61,500 nt of DNA, taken from a virus. Its lineage: Duplodnaviria > Caudoviricetes. Numbering within the stretch: the stretch's first letter is position 1; the number at the start of each line of letters is the position of its first letter. This document shows positions 49,401-56,512 of this stretch, one piece after another. The DNA lies in IMG/VR virus record IMGVR_UViG_3300017740_002729, positions 1-61,500 of that record. The stretch is one strand, 5' to 3'. A model generated the notes under the pieces. The model was given only the letters and a program-made list of their open reading frames with translations, searched no databases and was not told the origin of the DNA. Made by a program: the position numbers and the translations under genes.

Positions 49401-50103
49401 TGATGGAGATGATGCTTCAAATTCTGCCGATTTAACGGCAAACTATGCACAATTCCAAACAGGTTCATCTAATATATTTTCAGTAGGTTATAACGGAGCT
49501 CAAACTACAGAAGGAAATCTTAGAGGTAGTTTATATTTGACAGGAGATGTAGACCCTGCTTATTACACAACTGGTAATTCAACTAGAGATATGGGTAATA
49601 CCAGTAGATGGTGGGATGAACTATATGCAGATAACTTCAATAATCAATCTGATATAAAAATTAAAGAAAATATTAGTGGTTCAGAACTTGGTTTAACTTT
49701 TATAAATTCATTAAGACCAGTACAATATAGTTTAAAAGAGAGTACTAAAAAAAGAACTCGATATGGTCTTATTGCTCAAGAAGTTTCAGAATCACTTGGT
49801 CAAATTGGAAAAACAACTGCTGATTTTAAAGGATTAAATACAGGTTCAAGTAAAATTGCTAGTTACGAAAGTAAATTTGAAAAATCAATTTCTGAAATAG
49901 TATTAAGTGGTTCACATTATCATTCTTATGATTCGGAAGGAACTGGTTCGGGTGAAATAACACAAGAATGGGTTGATAATGAAATTAGTTCATCTATATG
50001 GACACTAACCTATACTGAATTTATTGCTCCATTAATTAAATCAGTACAAGAGTTATCGGCAAAGGTAACTGAATTAGAAAACCAAATAAGTGGTTCTGAA
50101 TGA
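43435..50103 (+). CDS. Large tail fibre/spike protein with C-terminal intramolecular chaperone (peptidase S74-like)
   Basis: Ig-like beta repeats, short collagen GXY run at 47176-47232, Ala/Thr/Asn coiled coil, SDIKIKENI...LRPVQY...GLIAQEV...LIKSVQELS; start could be 43429. Confidence 0.85.
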   Translation: MGIIKKYGTLHKLKNKQPFILDRNPASDYFNITEFPETFGGGKNGFLIEGSPLLKPSTKLKIDITDVDGNAIYFEPATSNGKTFYDGTSAVVSVWVYDDTPIGIGEITIMGELTHFIDERGVKRPVPEKWEDTYNVKWTRRFKVNSGLPNKEKVRFFKKPVVTIDEIVKQVYIKEIPSITQTGSVDGFAGTPEEGQDLSTWTAGTFYKIKLDTDNPSQPGFSQSMDETIISIPSLGYNPTIKEVVTPTDLLVDVPFTQKGLVSNFQDAPYSVTFEATEDQVLGETSLTGSFADIKITNLKTFTGDVARVKIFRKSRNEVGDFQFVQETKLESAELLRNVTNTSDTIIEYGNLNSFNVANFFVSHSTGVQLNNDKLINSMFLESDGLIHTSESIDFVSGSEYTLSYRVRKNGFSETDKLYFSISGSSTSQSIDIVSASVANEFGSNGYNQSKKITKNFISTISGSANLNIQADNPTANEFHIANLSLKSAEQTSFSPDEFNTIIDIPRKGVAEQFDFKFEFYDINNNFIPITVTSTKNFTGGNTSEISKLTKFLNFESNKTAFRFTTGSFGSPENQSLGFKTQFNLLTGSVTYLSSAFDTEGNYIVPSAYTQSGAHTYPGALTNTSINGATLTIASFSGSRHNEQYGSGGGESTIVVGSITYTASMEGGEHEEFETVYRFEDGDSAAAIIATANQSNFVYRASTLNPDPTSQTILINVARKNLGGPNKPIEINSASAEGTPPPLTEVTDSNGIKTLSLGVDAYPFTEGTTTYSFTSSDDFNIDYSDSVTISPVKIFGGVSVTLTNENASFEATPVGTVAAGDFAASSGSIQLKVGNEDITFDDDNDSSTANNTFALIGVTGSGCTPNFNNPAINEYGITAMSQDSASLELQIRYKDGSGDTTDFSKTVTYTKTKQATPNIEVAATPSSQTIAADSKGSGSSVPDSIEVSAVEGGVDRFISIGTPTFSNGLAGSTGGLASKVITFTSNASAMTSDTGRIEIPINFQDADGVTGQKNVVCSVTRVKSAPPVIVVNASPGAQTIEATSFGTGSEIPDPITITAFEGTTNAFTSMVASGSNGMTGSISSNVFTYTTSATNMGIGPDNANITFTITHTDSEGTVGTSNVISSVSRVRKGKSAFQIILDPQVQTVVSSSSIAAPSSFTIALQEGANAYTYRHSSSPGSPYQFSVNGLTNGTNISSADGSLVTILPTTPSNNNGTKTTVLLNIMDGEGQTFVDQKVTHIVNVSGVGPAGAQGPQGNPGAPGSSGTTAAGIVFTGNYSAAKTYVSSSARIDVCELTDTTAGTNFWKAISSGSLGQPSPSSSDWEAFGEEFDSVATDILFAQDAYANRTLNVGTSGSTKPVIALNSDFANDGANPFIGVNVSAYAASEGMYMGYDGGTPKLSLKGGVSDGFFTWDGSNLNIQGSINITGGATADTISQLNTATGSLSSDISTAETNATNAGQAAAANAVTSGSTAASTAQSNAQSFATTAAGNAATSASNAQSTANTANSNASTALTAANAAIASSSTDPTTGKLTKPFTPTGDGLFLGPDNLGFYSSSDWRTYMSSSGDFELAGTSGFLQWNAGSSSLLIHGRVSGSQIEGGTLVGSSISIPTAESPKFSVDSNGNMTCQDATISGSINVDDGVVGLWHVTDSGSGGFFQNASGKLGGGEATIILDPTTPEMLFKSGAAGGNFETKLRIKPGDEWTSTSGGNISINDMDIVEGTPSNPTSDSSNTNYVYNEVAETLTGTTYTIPGGTFDLGSIRTPYYLELGTPGTVSAGSTDYPNYSPSYANQQHPFFGQSTISKGFSANFYLEAVNQADSSVTTVQLYSAFASGQYVTSPYYQSESTGFGLQWVYNGGTTISATSNGEIAGSSSVINNKSITLTAGDYKFRYKLKVGARSGRRVNTDSSGNQTLTYQTHTLSGLNYDLGSLTNFFQIIVPTNVIDLTSKGLQVLNDSDTYVQINRLGSGFGSQPTLVNVKGGKVAIDGDDASNSADLTANYAQFQTGSSNIFSVGYNGAQTTEGNLRGSLYLTGDVDPAYYTTGNSTRDMGNTSRWWDELYADNFNNQSDIKIKENISGSELGLTFINSLRPVQYSLKESTKKRTRYGLIAQEVSESLGQIGKTTADFKGLNTGSSKIASYESKFEKSISEIVLSGSHYHSYDSEGTGSGEITQEWVDNEISSSIWTLTYTEFIAPLIKSVQELSAKVTELENQISGSE

Positions 50104-51083
50104 AATTATTAGTAACAACAGGTTGTGGTAACATAATACAAGGTGGAGCAGATATATGGGTAAATCATTTTATAGATTTAGTTTTTCCTCATATCGGTGA
50201 TTGTTTTATATTAGTAGATGGTAAAAAACCTGTAGGTTGGGATTCTGATACAAAATATATTCATTTTCATAATGATGATAGTGACTTCTCAGATATACTT
50301 TTAGACCAATGCGATGAGATACATTTCTTACACGCTAACTATCACAAAAGAGAACATCTATGGAAACATAAAGATAAATGGGAAAATATATTTGTACATG
50401 CTTATTTACCTGATATGTTAAAGTATGGTGATTCTGTAAAACAATTTAATACAAATGTAGATACCGAAGCAGTTGATGATTTGATGAAGTATTGTAAGAA
50501 AAGAATATGGATTGGATTAACAGATTCACAATTATTTACAGATTATCCTAATAATACTATAACAATTCCAAACTTTTATGAATTTAAAAATAATTTTCTA
50601 CTAGAAAAATTAACAGATTCTAAAATTGGATTTACTTCTCGTATTGAATCTCGTAAAAATGTTCACTATTTAGATAACCATAGGGGGTTTGTTTTAACTG
50701 GGCAATATGATTGGAAAAATATATTACAAACTAATCAATATAATTTTTCAGATATAAAATTTTTTCAATGGGATTCTAAGATATTGGATTTGTTTATGAA
50801 AAAAGATTGGAGTATATCACATTCCTGTCACACTAACGAACCATTTGGATATTCAATCTTTCAAGCCGTTGATTACGGAAAACTTCCGATACTACACTCC
50901 GATTGGGGAGATGTAGATTACAAATATAGAGTATCATCAAAAGAAGAGTTTGATTCTATGGTAGAAATCATATGTAACGATTCTTATGAGGAGCAATTAG
51001 ATAATTGGATGAGATTATCAAATTGGATGATACAATATGATGATAAGTGGGGTTGGGCAAATAAAATCAAAAAACTTTTCTAA
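50100..51083 (+). CDS. GT-B glycosyltransferase (GT4-like)
   Basis: QGGAD, SRIESRKN, EPFGYSIFQAVDYGKLPI. Confidence 0.75.
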   Translation: MKLLVTTGCGNIIQGGADIWVNHFIDLVFPHIGDCFILVDGKKPVGWDSDTKYIHFHNDDSDFSDILLDQCDEIHFLHANYHKREHLWKHKDKWENIFVHAYLPDMLKYGDSVKQFNTNVDTEAVDDLMKYCKKRIWIGLTDSQLFTDYPNNTITIPNFYEFKNNFLLEKLTDSKIGFTSRIESRKNVHYLDNHRGFVLTGQYDWKNILQTNQYNFSDIKFFQWDSKILDLFMKKDWSISHSCHTNEPFGYSIFQAVDYGKLPILHSDWGDVDYKYRVSSKEEFDSMVEIICNDSYEEQLDNWMRLSNWMIQYDDKWGWANKIKKLF

Positions 51084-51110
51084 TTTTTTTACGTTTTATA
51101 TACTTTTATA

Positions 51111-51118
51111 TATTTATA
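51111..51118 (+). promoter_or_regulatory. Putative late promoter TATTTATA
   Basis: Intergenic, 23 nt before ATG 51142. Confidence 0.65.
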
Positions 51119-51141
51119 TACAACACCATAATCTAAACTTA

Positions 51142-51921
51142 ATGTCTTTACTTAACGTAGGATTAATACAAAAATATATAACGAATAATCAAATCAAAAA
51201 AAGAGATACCAATGGTAAACCTTTTACTGATGTTGAACCTGTTAAATATAGATGGACACATGGAGCTACTGATTCCCATTTGGGAGATGGTATGATTGTG
51301 TATTCTGTTATTCAAATGATGAAAGCAAAGACTTGTGTATGTTTAGGAAGTGGTGGAGGATTTATTCCTCGTATAATGACACAAGCAAGAATAGACTTGC
51401 ATGACCAAAAAATATTCAATGGTCTAAAACAAATGGAGTGGGGTGACTGTGGTACTACTATTTTGGTAGATGCAGATAATGGAGTAGGTGGATATACAGA
51501 TTGGACAGAGAAACGTTCTTTTTTCAGAAAGAATTTTGATTGTAGAATTATCTTAGATACTACCGAAAACGCATTTTATAATTATTTTGTAAAAGAAGAT
51601 ATAAAGATAGATTATCTACATATCGATGCGGGTCACTCGTATGATGATGTTAAAAATGATTTTACTCTTTACTCAAGTATCCTATCGGATTATGGTGTAA
51701 TATCGATTCACGATACAGATGATAGTTTTGAAAAAGACCTCATCGTAACTGAAGATGTAAAAGAAAAAAATCATCATGCTCCATTTGATGGACCTAATAA
51801 ACTCATAAAAGAATTAAAAGATAATAAAGAGTGGGAAGTTTTCAATTTATTCAATAATGGTATATTAAGAGAAAAACCATCTTCAACTGGAATAACATTA
51901 GTACAAAAATGCAGAGTTTAA
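51142..51921 (+). CDS. Class I SAM methyltransferase (Methyltransf_24-like)
   Basis: CLGSGGG, LHIDAGHSY, GVISIHDT; start moved from 51037 to the ATG after the promoter. Confidence 0.8.
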   Translation: MSLLNVGLIQKYITNNQIKKRDTNGKPFTDVEPVKYRWTHGATDSHLGDGMIVYSVIQMMKAKTCVCLGSGGGFIPRIMTQARIDLHDQKIFNGLKQMEWGDCGTTILVDADNGVGGYTDWTEKRSFFRKNFDCRIILDTTENAFYNYFVKEDIKIDYLHIDAGHSYDDVKNDFTLYSSILSDYGVISIHDTDDSFEKDLIVTEDVKEKNHHAPFDGPNKLIKELKDNKEWEVFNLFNNGILREKPSSTGITLVQKCRV

Positions 51922-52763
51922 ATTTAGTTACAGTAGTTGGGCACAACATAACTATGTTACCGCATATGTTACATTACTATAAACATATTGTAGATAATAT
52001 ATTTGTAGTAGTTTATAGACAAAATGAAGATGATGGTATATTAGAAGAAATTGAAAAACTTGGTATAACACCATACAAAGTTGTTACTGAGCCAAAATTT
52101 AATTGGGAAAAAGTAACAGAACTTTACAATGAGGTTAAACTCACCAAACCAAACGATTGGTGGATAGTATCGGATGATGATGAAATACAAATTTATCCTG
52201 AAGATATTAAGGTGATGATATCAAAGTGTGAAGAAAACGGATGGAAGTTTATAACAGGTGGTTTTCTTGATAGAATTGGAGAGGATGGGACTTTTCCACG
52301 CATAAATAACTATACCAATATATGGGAATCTTTTCCATATAGTGGATTTTTTAGATATCCTATGAGTGGAGCTTGTCCAAATAAGGTTTGTGTAATGAAA
52401 GGTGATGTGGAAATCACAACTGGACAACATTATGCGAAAATAGATAGCAACAATGTGTGGGGTGAAGAGGGAGTTAAACATCCTCTTCGATACCCACCCG
52501 GTAGAGGTGAAGGATTTATACAAGTTCATCACTTTAAATGGGATTCAACTGTTTTAGAACGATTAAAAGAAGTTTCGGAAACAGAAAAAGATTACACTTT
52601 TTGGAAAGAATACAAAAAGATGTATAAAGCAATCGAAATTAACGATTGGAAAATAGATATTAATAATCCTATGTTTGGATTAGAAAAGCAAGTTCCTTTT
52701 CAAAATGAACATTGGGATTATCAGTATTGGAATAGATTAACAAAAGGAATAATTAAAATTTAA
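51909..52763 (+). CDS. GT-A glycosyltransferase (GT2-like)
   Basis: LHYY, WWIVSDDDE, GQHY, VHHFKW. Confidence 0.7.
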   Translation: MQSLNLVTVVGHNITMLPHMLHYYKHIVDNIFVVVYRQNEDDGILEEIEKLGITPYKVVTEPKFNWEKVTELYNEVKLTKPNDWWIVSDDDEIQIYPEDIKVMISKCEENGWKFITGGFLDRIGEDGTFPRINNYTNIWESFPYSGFFRYPMSGACPNKVCVMKGDVEITTGQHYAKIDSNNVWGEEGVKHPLRYPPGRGEGFIQVHHFKWDSTVLERLKEVSETEKDYTFWKEYKKMYKAIEINDWKIDINNPMFGLEKQVPFQNEHWDYQYWNRLTKGIIKI

Positions 52764-52767
52764 AATT

Positions 52768-52974
52768 ATGGCTAAAAAAGCAACAACAGCAACTCCTACC
52801 ACTGGTGTAGATTCACTAATGGAAGAAAGAAAAATCAAAGCGTTAGAAAAAATCGCTAACTCTTTGGATGCTATGACTCTATGGTTCGAAGAAATCGATA
52901 AAGATGAATGGGGACCAAGAATTGAATGGTATCTTTCAATGTGGAAAGAGAAGTATATAGATGACGAAAAATAA
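52768..52974 (+). CDS. Hypothetical protein
   Basis: 68-aa ORF in operon. Confidence 0.7.
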   Translation: MAKKATTATPTTGVDSLMEERKIKALEKIANSLDAMTLWFEEIDKDEWGPRIEWYLSMWKEKYIDDEK

Positions 52975-54415
52975 AATTGGTATAGTAGTTCCTTACAGAA
53001 ATCGTAGAGAACACCTTAACCATTTTATCCCCACCATAACATCTCATTTAAAGAATCAAAAAATTGATTATGAGGTTATCATAGTTGAACAAGCTGATGA
53101 TAAACCTTTTAATAGAGGAAAGTTACTTAATATAGGTGTAGAAAGGGCTAAAAAATTAAAGTGTAACTACGTTGCTCTGCACGATGTTGATATGTTACCA
53201 CATGAAGATGTGGACTACAGCATTGTTGATAGACCAACTCACCTAGCTACAAAGTTTACATCAGACCATAAGGAAAAAAGAGTAATATTCGATGGATACT
53301 TCGGAGGAGTTACTTTATTTCCTATTATGGATTATTACAAAGTAAACGGATATTCAAATGAGTATTGGGGTTGGGGTTATGAAGATGATGACTTATTATT
53401 TAGATGTAAGGAAAACTTATTCGATTTTAACACTAAACAAACACCTATAAAAACAATCAACTCAGCTGGGTTAGAGTTTAATGGTTGGGATAGTGAAGTA
53501 AAAATACCTATGAAGTTTGGTTTAGATAATTATACTATTTTATTATCATTCGAACCATATGAAATCGATTGTAGGGAAGAGTTAGATATAGATGAGTATT
53601 CAATATTTTGTATACCTGGTTTTGATACTGGTTTTACTTTTAACGCATTTAAACGATATAAATTTGAAACGTTTACTACGGGTAAACAATGTATTAGTTT
53701 AAAATCAACTATTCAAGAGGAAAGAAGAACCACTTTAATGGTTGTAGTAGATTCATATAATAAGTTTATTAAACTATATCAGGACAATGAGTTAATAGAT
53801 GAAGCTGAATTTGAGGGTAGGTTAATGCCTTACCATAAACAAAAGTTTATGTATTTGGGAAAAGCTTTAGAAGAATCTCAGAACAAGCGTAGACCTTTTA
53901 AAGGTATTATAAATCAATTTGCAATATGGAATCACTCATTAGAACCAGGACAAGTTAAATCTGTATATGATAATTTACAATTGGGAGTTACTGAACAATT
54001 TGAAGGATACACAACACCTCATTGTTTAGAGGTAGCATATGATATGAAAGCATCTAATTATCACACTTTATATGATTTGAGTGGTAATGGAAATAACGCT
54101 AAGATTCATCATTGTAATAGAGTAGCAACTCATCATATAGAGGATTTTAAAGAAGTACCAATTCCTTGGAGAAGAGAATCTACTTTTAAATTACTACCTC
54201 ATGCAGATAATGGCTTTTATGAAAATAAATGGACTTATACCGAAACAAGAAAAAATCAACTAAAGTTTTACAATAGAGTTCTAAAAGGTAAAACTAATTG
54301 GAGGAGAGATGGTATAGAAAATTTAAAATATAAAGTGGTTAGTGATAATAAATTGAATTATGCAGGTAAAGATAATACACCTGTAGAAGTAAATTATATA
54401 AGTGTAATAATATGA
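52961..54415 (+). CDS. GT7 (beta-1,4-galactosyltransferase-like) glycosyltransferase with inserted LamG domain
   Basis: VPYRNR, FNRGKLLN, HDVD, FGGV, NGYSNEYWGWGYEDDD; LamG-like insert; terminal DGIENLKY. Confidence 0.85.
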   Translation: MTKNKIGIVVPYRNRREHLNHFIPTITSHLKNQKIDYEVIIVEQADDKPFNRGKLLNIGVERAKKLKCNYVALHDVDMLPHEDVDYSIVDRPTHLATKFTSDHKEKRVIFDGYFGGVTLFPIMDYYKVNGYSNEYWGWGYEDDDLLFRCKENLFDFNTKQTPIKTINSAGLEFNGWDSEVKIPMKFGLDNYTILLSFEPYEIDCREELDIDEYSIFCIPGFDTGFTFNAFKRYKFETFTTGKQCISLKSTIQEERRTTLMVVVDSYNKFIKLYQDNELIDEAEFEGRLMPYHKQKFMYLGKALEESQNKRRPFKGIINQFAIWNHSLEPGQVKSVYDNLQLGVTEQFEGYTTPHCLEVAYDMKASNYHTLYDLSGNGNNAKIHHCNRVATHHIEDFKEVPIPWRRESTFKLLPHADNGFYENKWTYTETRKNQLKFYNRVLKGKTNWRRDGIENLKYKVVSDNKLNYAGKDNTPVEVNYISVII

Positions 54416-54888
54416 AAAATGAAAAACAAATAGTAGGATTTACTGCGGGAAATTTTGATTTAATCCATCCGGGTTACATCTATACATTCGAAGCAGCAAG
54501 AAAACATTGTGATAAGTTTATAGTGTTTCTTCAAAGAGACCCACATGAACATAGAAAATCAAAGTACAAACCAGTAATTCCAATACATGAAAGATATAGA
54601 ACATTGATGGCTATCAAATATATAGATGAAGTTTATGTATATCAAACAGAAGATGAACTTTATGATTTGATTACTTTTTTTAAACCTGATATTAGAATCT
54701 TAGGTGAGGATTACATCGGAAAATCATTTACAGGTGATGACCTACCACCTAAAGTAGTTTATACAACTCGAGCACATGGTTGGTCAACAACTAAGATGAA
54801 GGATATGATTGCTATGCAAACAATCAAACAAAATCCACAAGTGTTAAAAGATTCAAAACACTTTGATAGAAAAATGAATATGGATTAA
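54412..54888 (+). CDS. Cytidylyltransferase (TagD-like)
   Basis: GNFDLIHPGY, ILGEDY, RAHGWSTT. Confidence 0.85.
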   Translation: MKNEKQIVGFTAGNFDLIHPGYIYTFEAARKHCDKFIVFLQRDPHEHRKSKYKPVIPIHERYRTLMAIKYIDEVYVYQTEDELYDLITFFKPDIRILGEDYIGKSFTGDDLPPKVVYTTRAHGWSTTKMKDMIAMQTIKQNPQVLKDSKHFDRKMNMD

Positions 54889-54890
54889 CT

Positions 54891-55049
54891 ATGGCACTAA
54901 AAACCAAATGGGATGAGATAGATGAAAAGTTACAATTTATTCATAGAAACTTAGATATATGTTGTCAAGATTTGTGTGAAGGACAAGAATCAAAATATAA
55001 ATTAGAAGAAGTTATGGAATTATTAGTAGATATTAGAGAAGGTAAATGA
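54891..55049 (+). CDS. Hypothetical protein, 52 aa (not in ORF track)
   Basis: ATG 54891 to TGA 55049, ATGA overlap with the next gene. Confidence 0.65.
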   Translation: MALKTKWDEIDEKLQFIHRNLDICCQDLCEGQESKYKLEEVMELLVDIREGK

Positions 55050-56488
55050 AATTAGGAGTTTGTGTACCATATAGAAATAGAGAAGCTCATTTAAAAAGAT
55101 TTGTACCAGAGGTTGGTAAATATCTTGATAAGATGGGTATTGATTATTGTATGTACTTCGGTCATCAATGTGATGATAAATTGTTCAATAGAGGAGCGAT
55201 GAAAAATGTTGCTGCAAAACATGCATTTGAAGATGGTTGTGATTATATAGTTTGGCACGATATTGATATGATACCAGAAGATGGTACAGATTATTCATTT
55301 CCATCCGAAACACCAATACATATAGCAACTCATATATCTCAGATGAATTATGAATTAAAATATCAAGAATACTTTGGAGGAGCCGTTTTATTTTCAAAAG
55401 AACAAGTAGAAAAAACTAATGGATATTCTAATGATTATTGGGATTGGGGTATGGAGGATGATGATTTGTTTTGGAGATGTGTGTTAGAAGGTTATGCAAA
55501 TACAGAATATTTAGAATTAGATAGAATAGAATCATTCGCAAGGTTTAATGGTAAATCCTCATCAATTGAAATACCATCTACAAGAGATACTGCACATCTT
55601 ACAAATAAATCACACACTATATCCGTATTAGTAAGAGCAAATCAGCAAGAGGATAAAGTTCCTATTTGGTTAGTTGGTGATTATGATAGAAGGTTTTGTG
55701 AATATCCAATACTTCGTAGACCAGGTTATGATTATGGATTGAGTTACAATAACTCTAGAGCATATACTGCACTTTTATGGAATCATAAAAAAGAAGCATT
55801 GTATCAATGGATGAAGCGTTATGAAAACGAATGGAGTTGGGTTACCTTATCAGTTGATACATTAGAAAAAACGATTCACTTCTATCTAAATGGGAAAGAG
55901 TCTGATGCAAGACATGGACACGGGACACATTCTCCTCAATCCTACGAAGGTAATTTAAAAAGATATGGTTCAGTACCATACTTAATTGGAACAACCACCT
56001 CCGTTGGAGAAAAAGATGTTAACAAATATTTTAAAGGAGATGTAGCAAAGGTTATGGTTTGGGATAGAAAGTTAGATAGTGGAGAAATAGAAAACTTACA
56101 CAAAGATATTCCATCGGATGGTTTAAAGATGTACTATGAGTTTGAAAATAGCGCAAATAATATAGTTGGTAATGATAATCATGGTAAAGTTTTTAATGTT
56201 GGGTTTGGTAAAGAAAAAATAAAAATACCATATCCACCAATACCACATAGAGTAGCTGGTAGGATGACTTGCTTACCACATAAAGATGAAGGATTGATTA
56301 CAGATGATAAAGGACAGGATAGGTGGGCTAAGGGAGAAACTACCGCAAGAAACGAAAGAAGATATGTTTTAGAAATGCAGCAAGGTACTTGGGATTACAA
56401 ATCAGATGGTATCAAGCAATTGAAATATGAGTTGTTAGATATTGAAGAAATAAACCCCAAGGCAAAACTGATAAATGTTAAACTCTAA
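55046..56488 (+). CDS. GT7 glycosyltransferase with inserted LamG domain (paralog)
   Basis: VPYRNR, FNRGAMKN, HDID, YFGG, NGYSNDYWDWGMEDDD; LamG-like insert; DGIKQLKY. Confidence 0.85.
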   Translation: MKLGVCVPYRNREAHLKRFVPEVGKYLDKMGIDYCMYFGHQCDDKLFNRGAMKNVAAKHAFEDGCDYIVWHDIDMIPEDGTDYSFPSETPIHIATHISQMNYELKYQEYFGGAVLFSKEQVEKTNGYSNDYWDWGMEDDDLFWRCVLEGYANTEYLELDRIESFARFNGKSSSIEIPSTRDTAHLTNKSHTISVLVRANQQEDKVPIWLVGDYDRRFCEYPILRRPGYDYGLSYNNSRAYTALLWNHKKEALYQWMKRYENEWSWVTLSVDTLEKTIHFYLNGKESDARHGHGTHSPQSYEGNLKRYGSVPYLIGTTTSVGEKDVNKYFKGDVAKVMVWDRKLDSGEIENLHKDIPSDGLKMYYEFENSANNIVGNDNHGKVFNVGFGKEKIKIPYPPIPHRVAGRMTCLPHKDEGLITDDKGQDRWAKGETTARNERRYVLEMQQGTWDYKSDGIKQLKYELLDIEEINPKAKLINVKL

Positions 56489-56512
56489 TATATATTAATA
56501 TACGAAAGTAAT

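Noticed and set aside
51037-51141. Longer N-terminus for the methyltransferase given in the ORF track
   Set aside because: It overlaps the upstream gene and spans a T-rich intergenic region with a late-promoter motif; ATG 51142 is preferred
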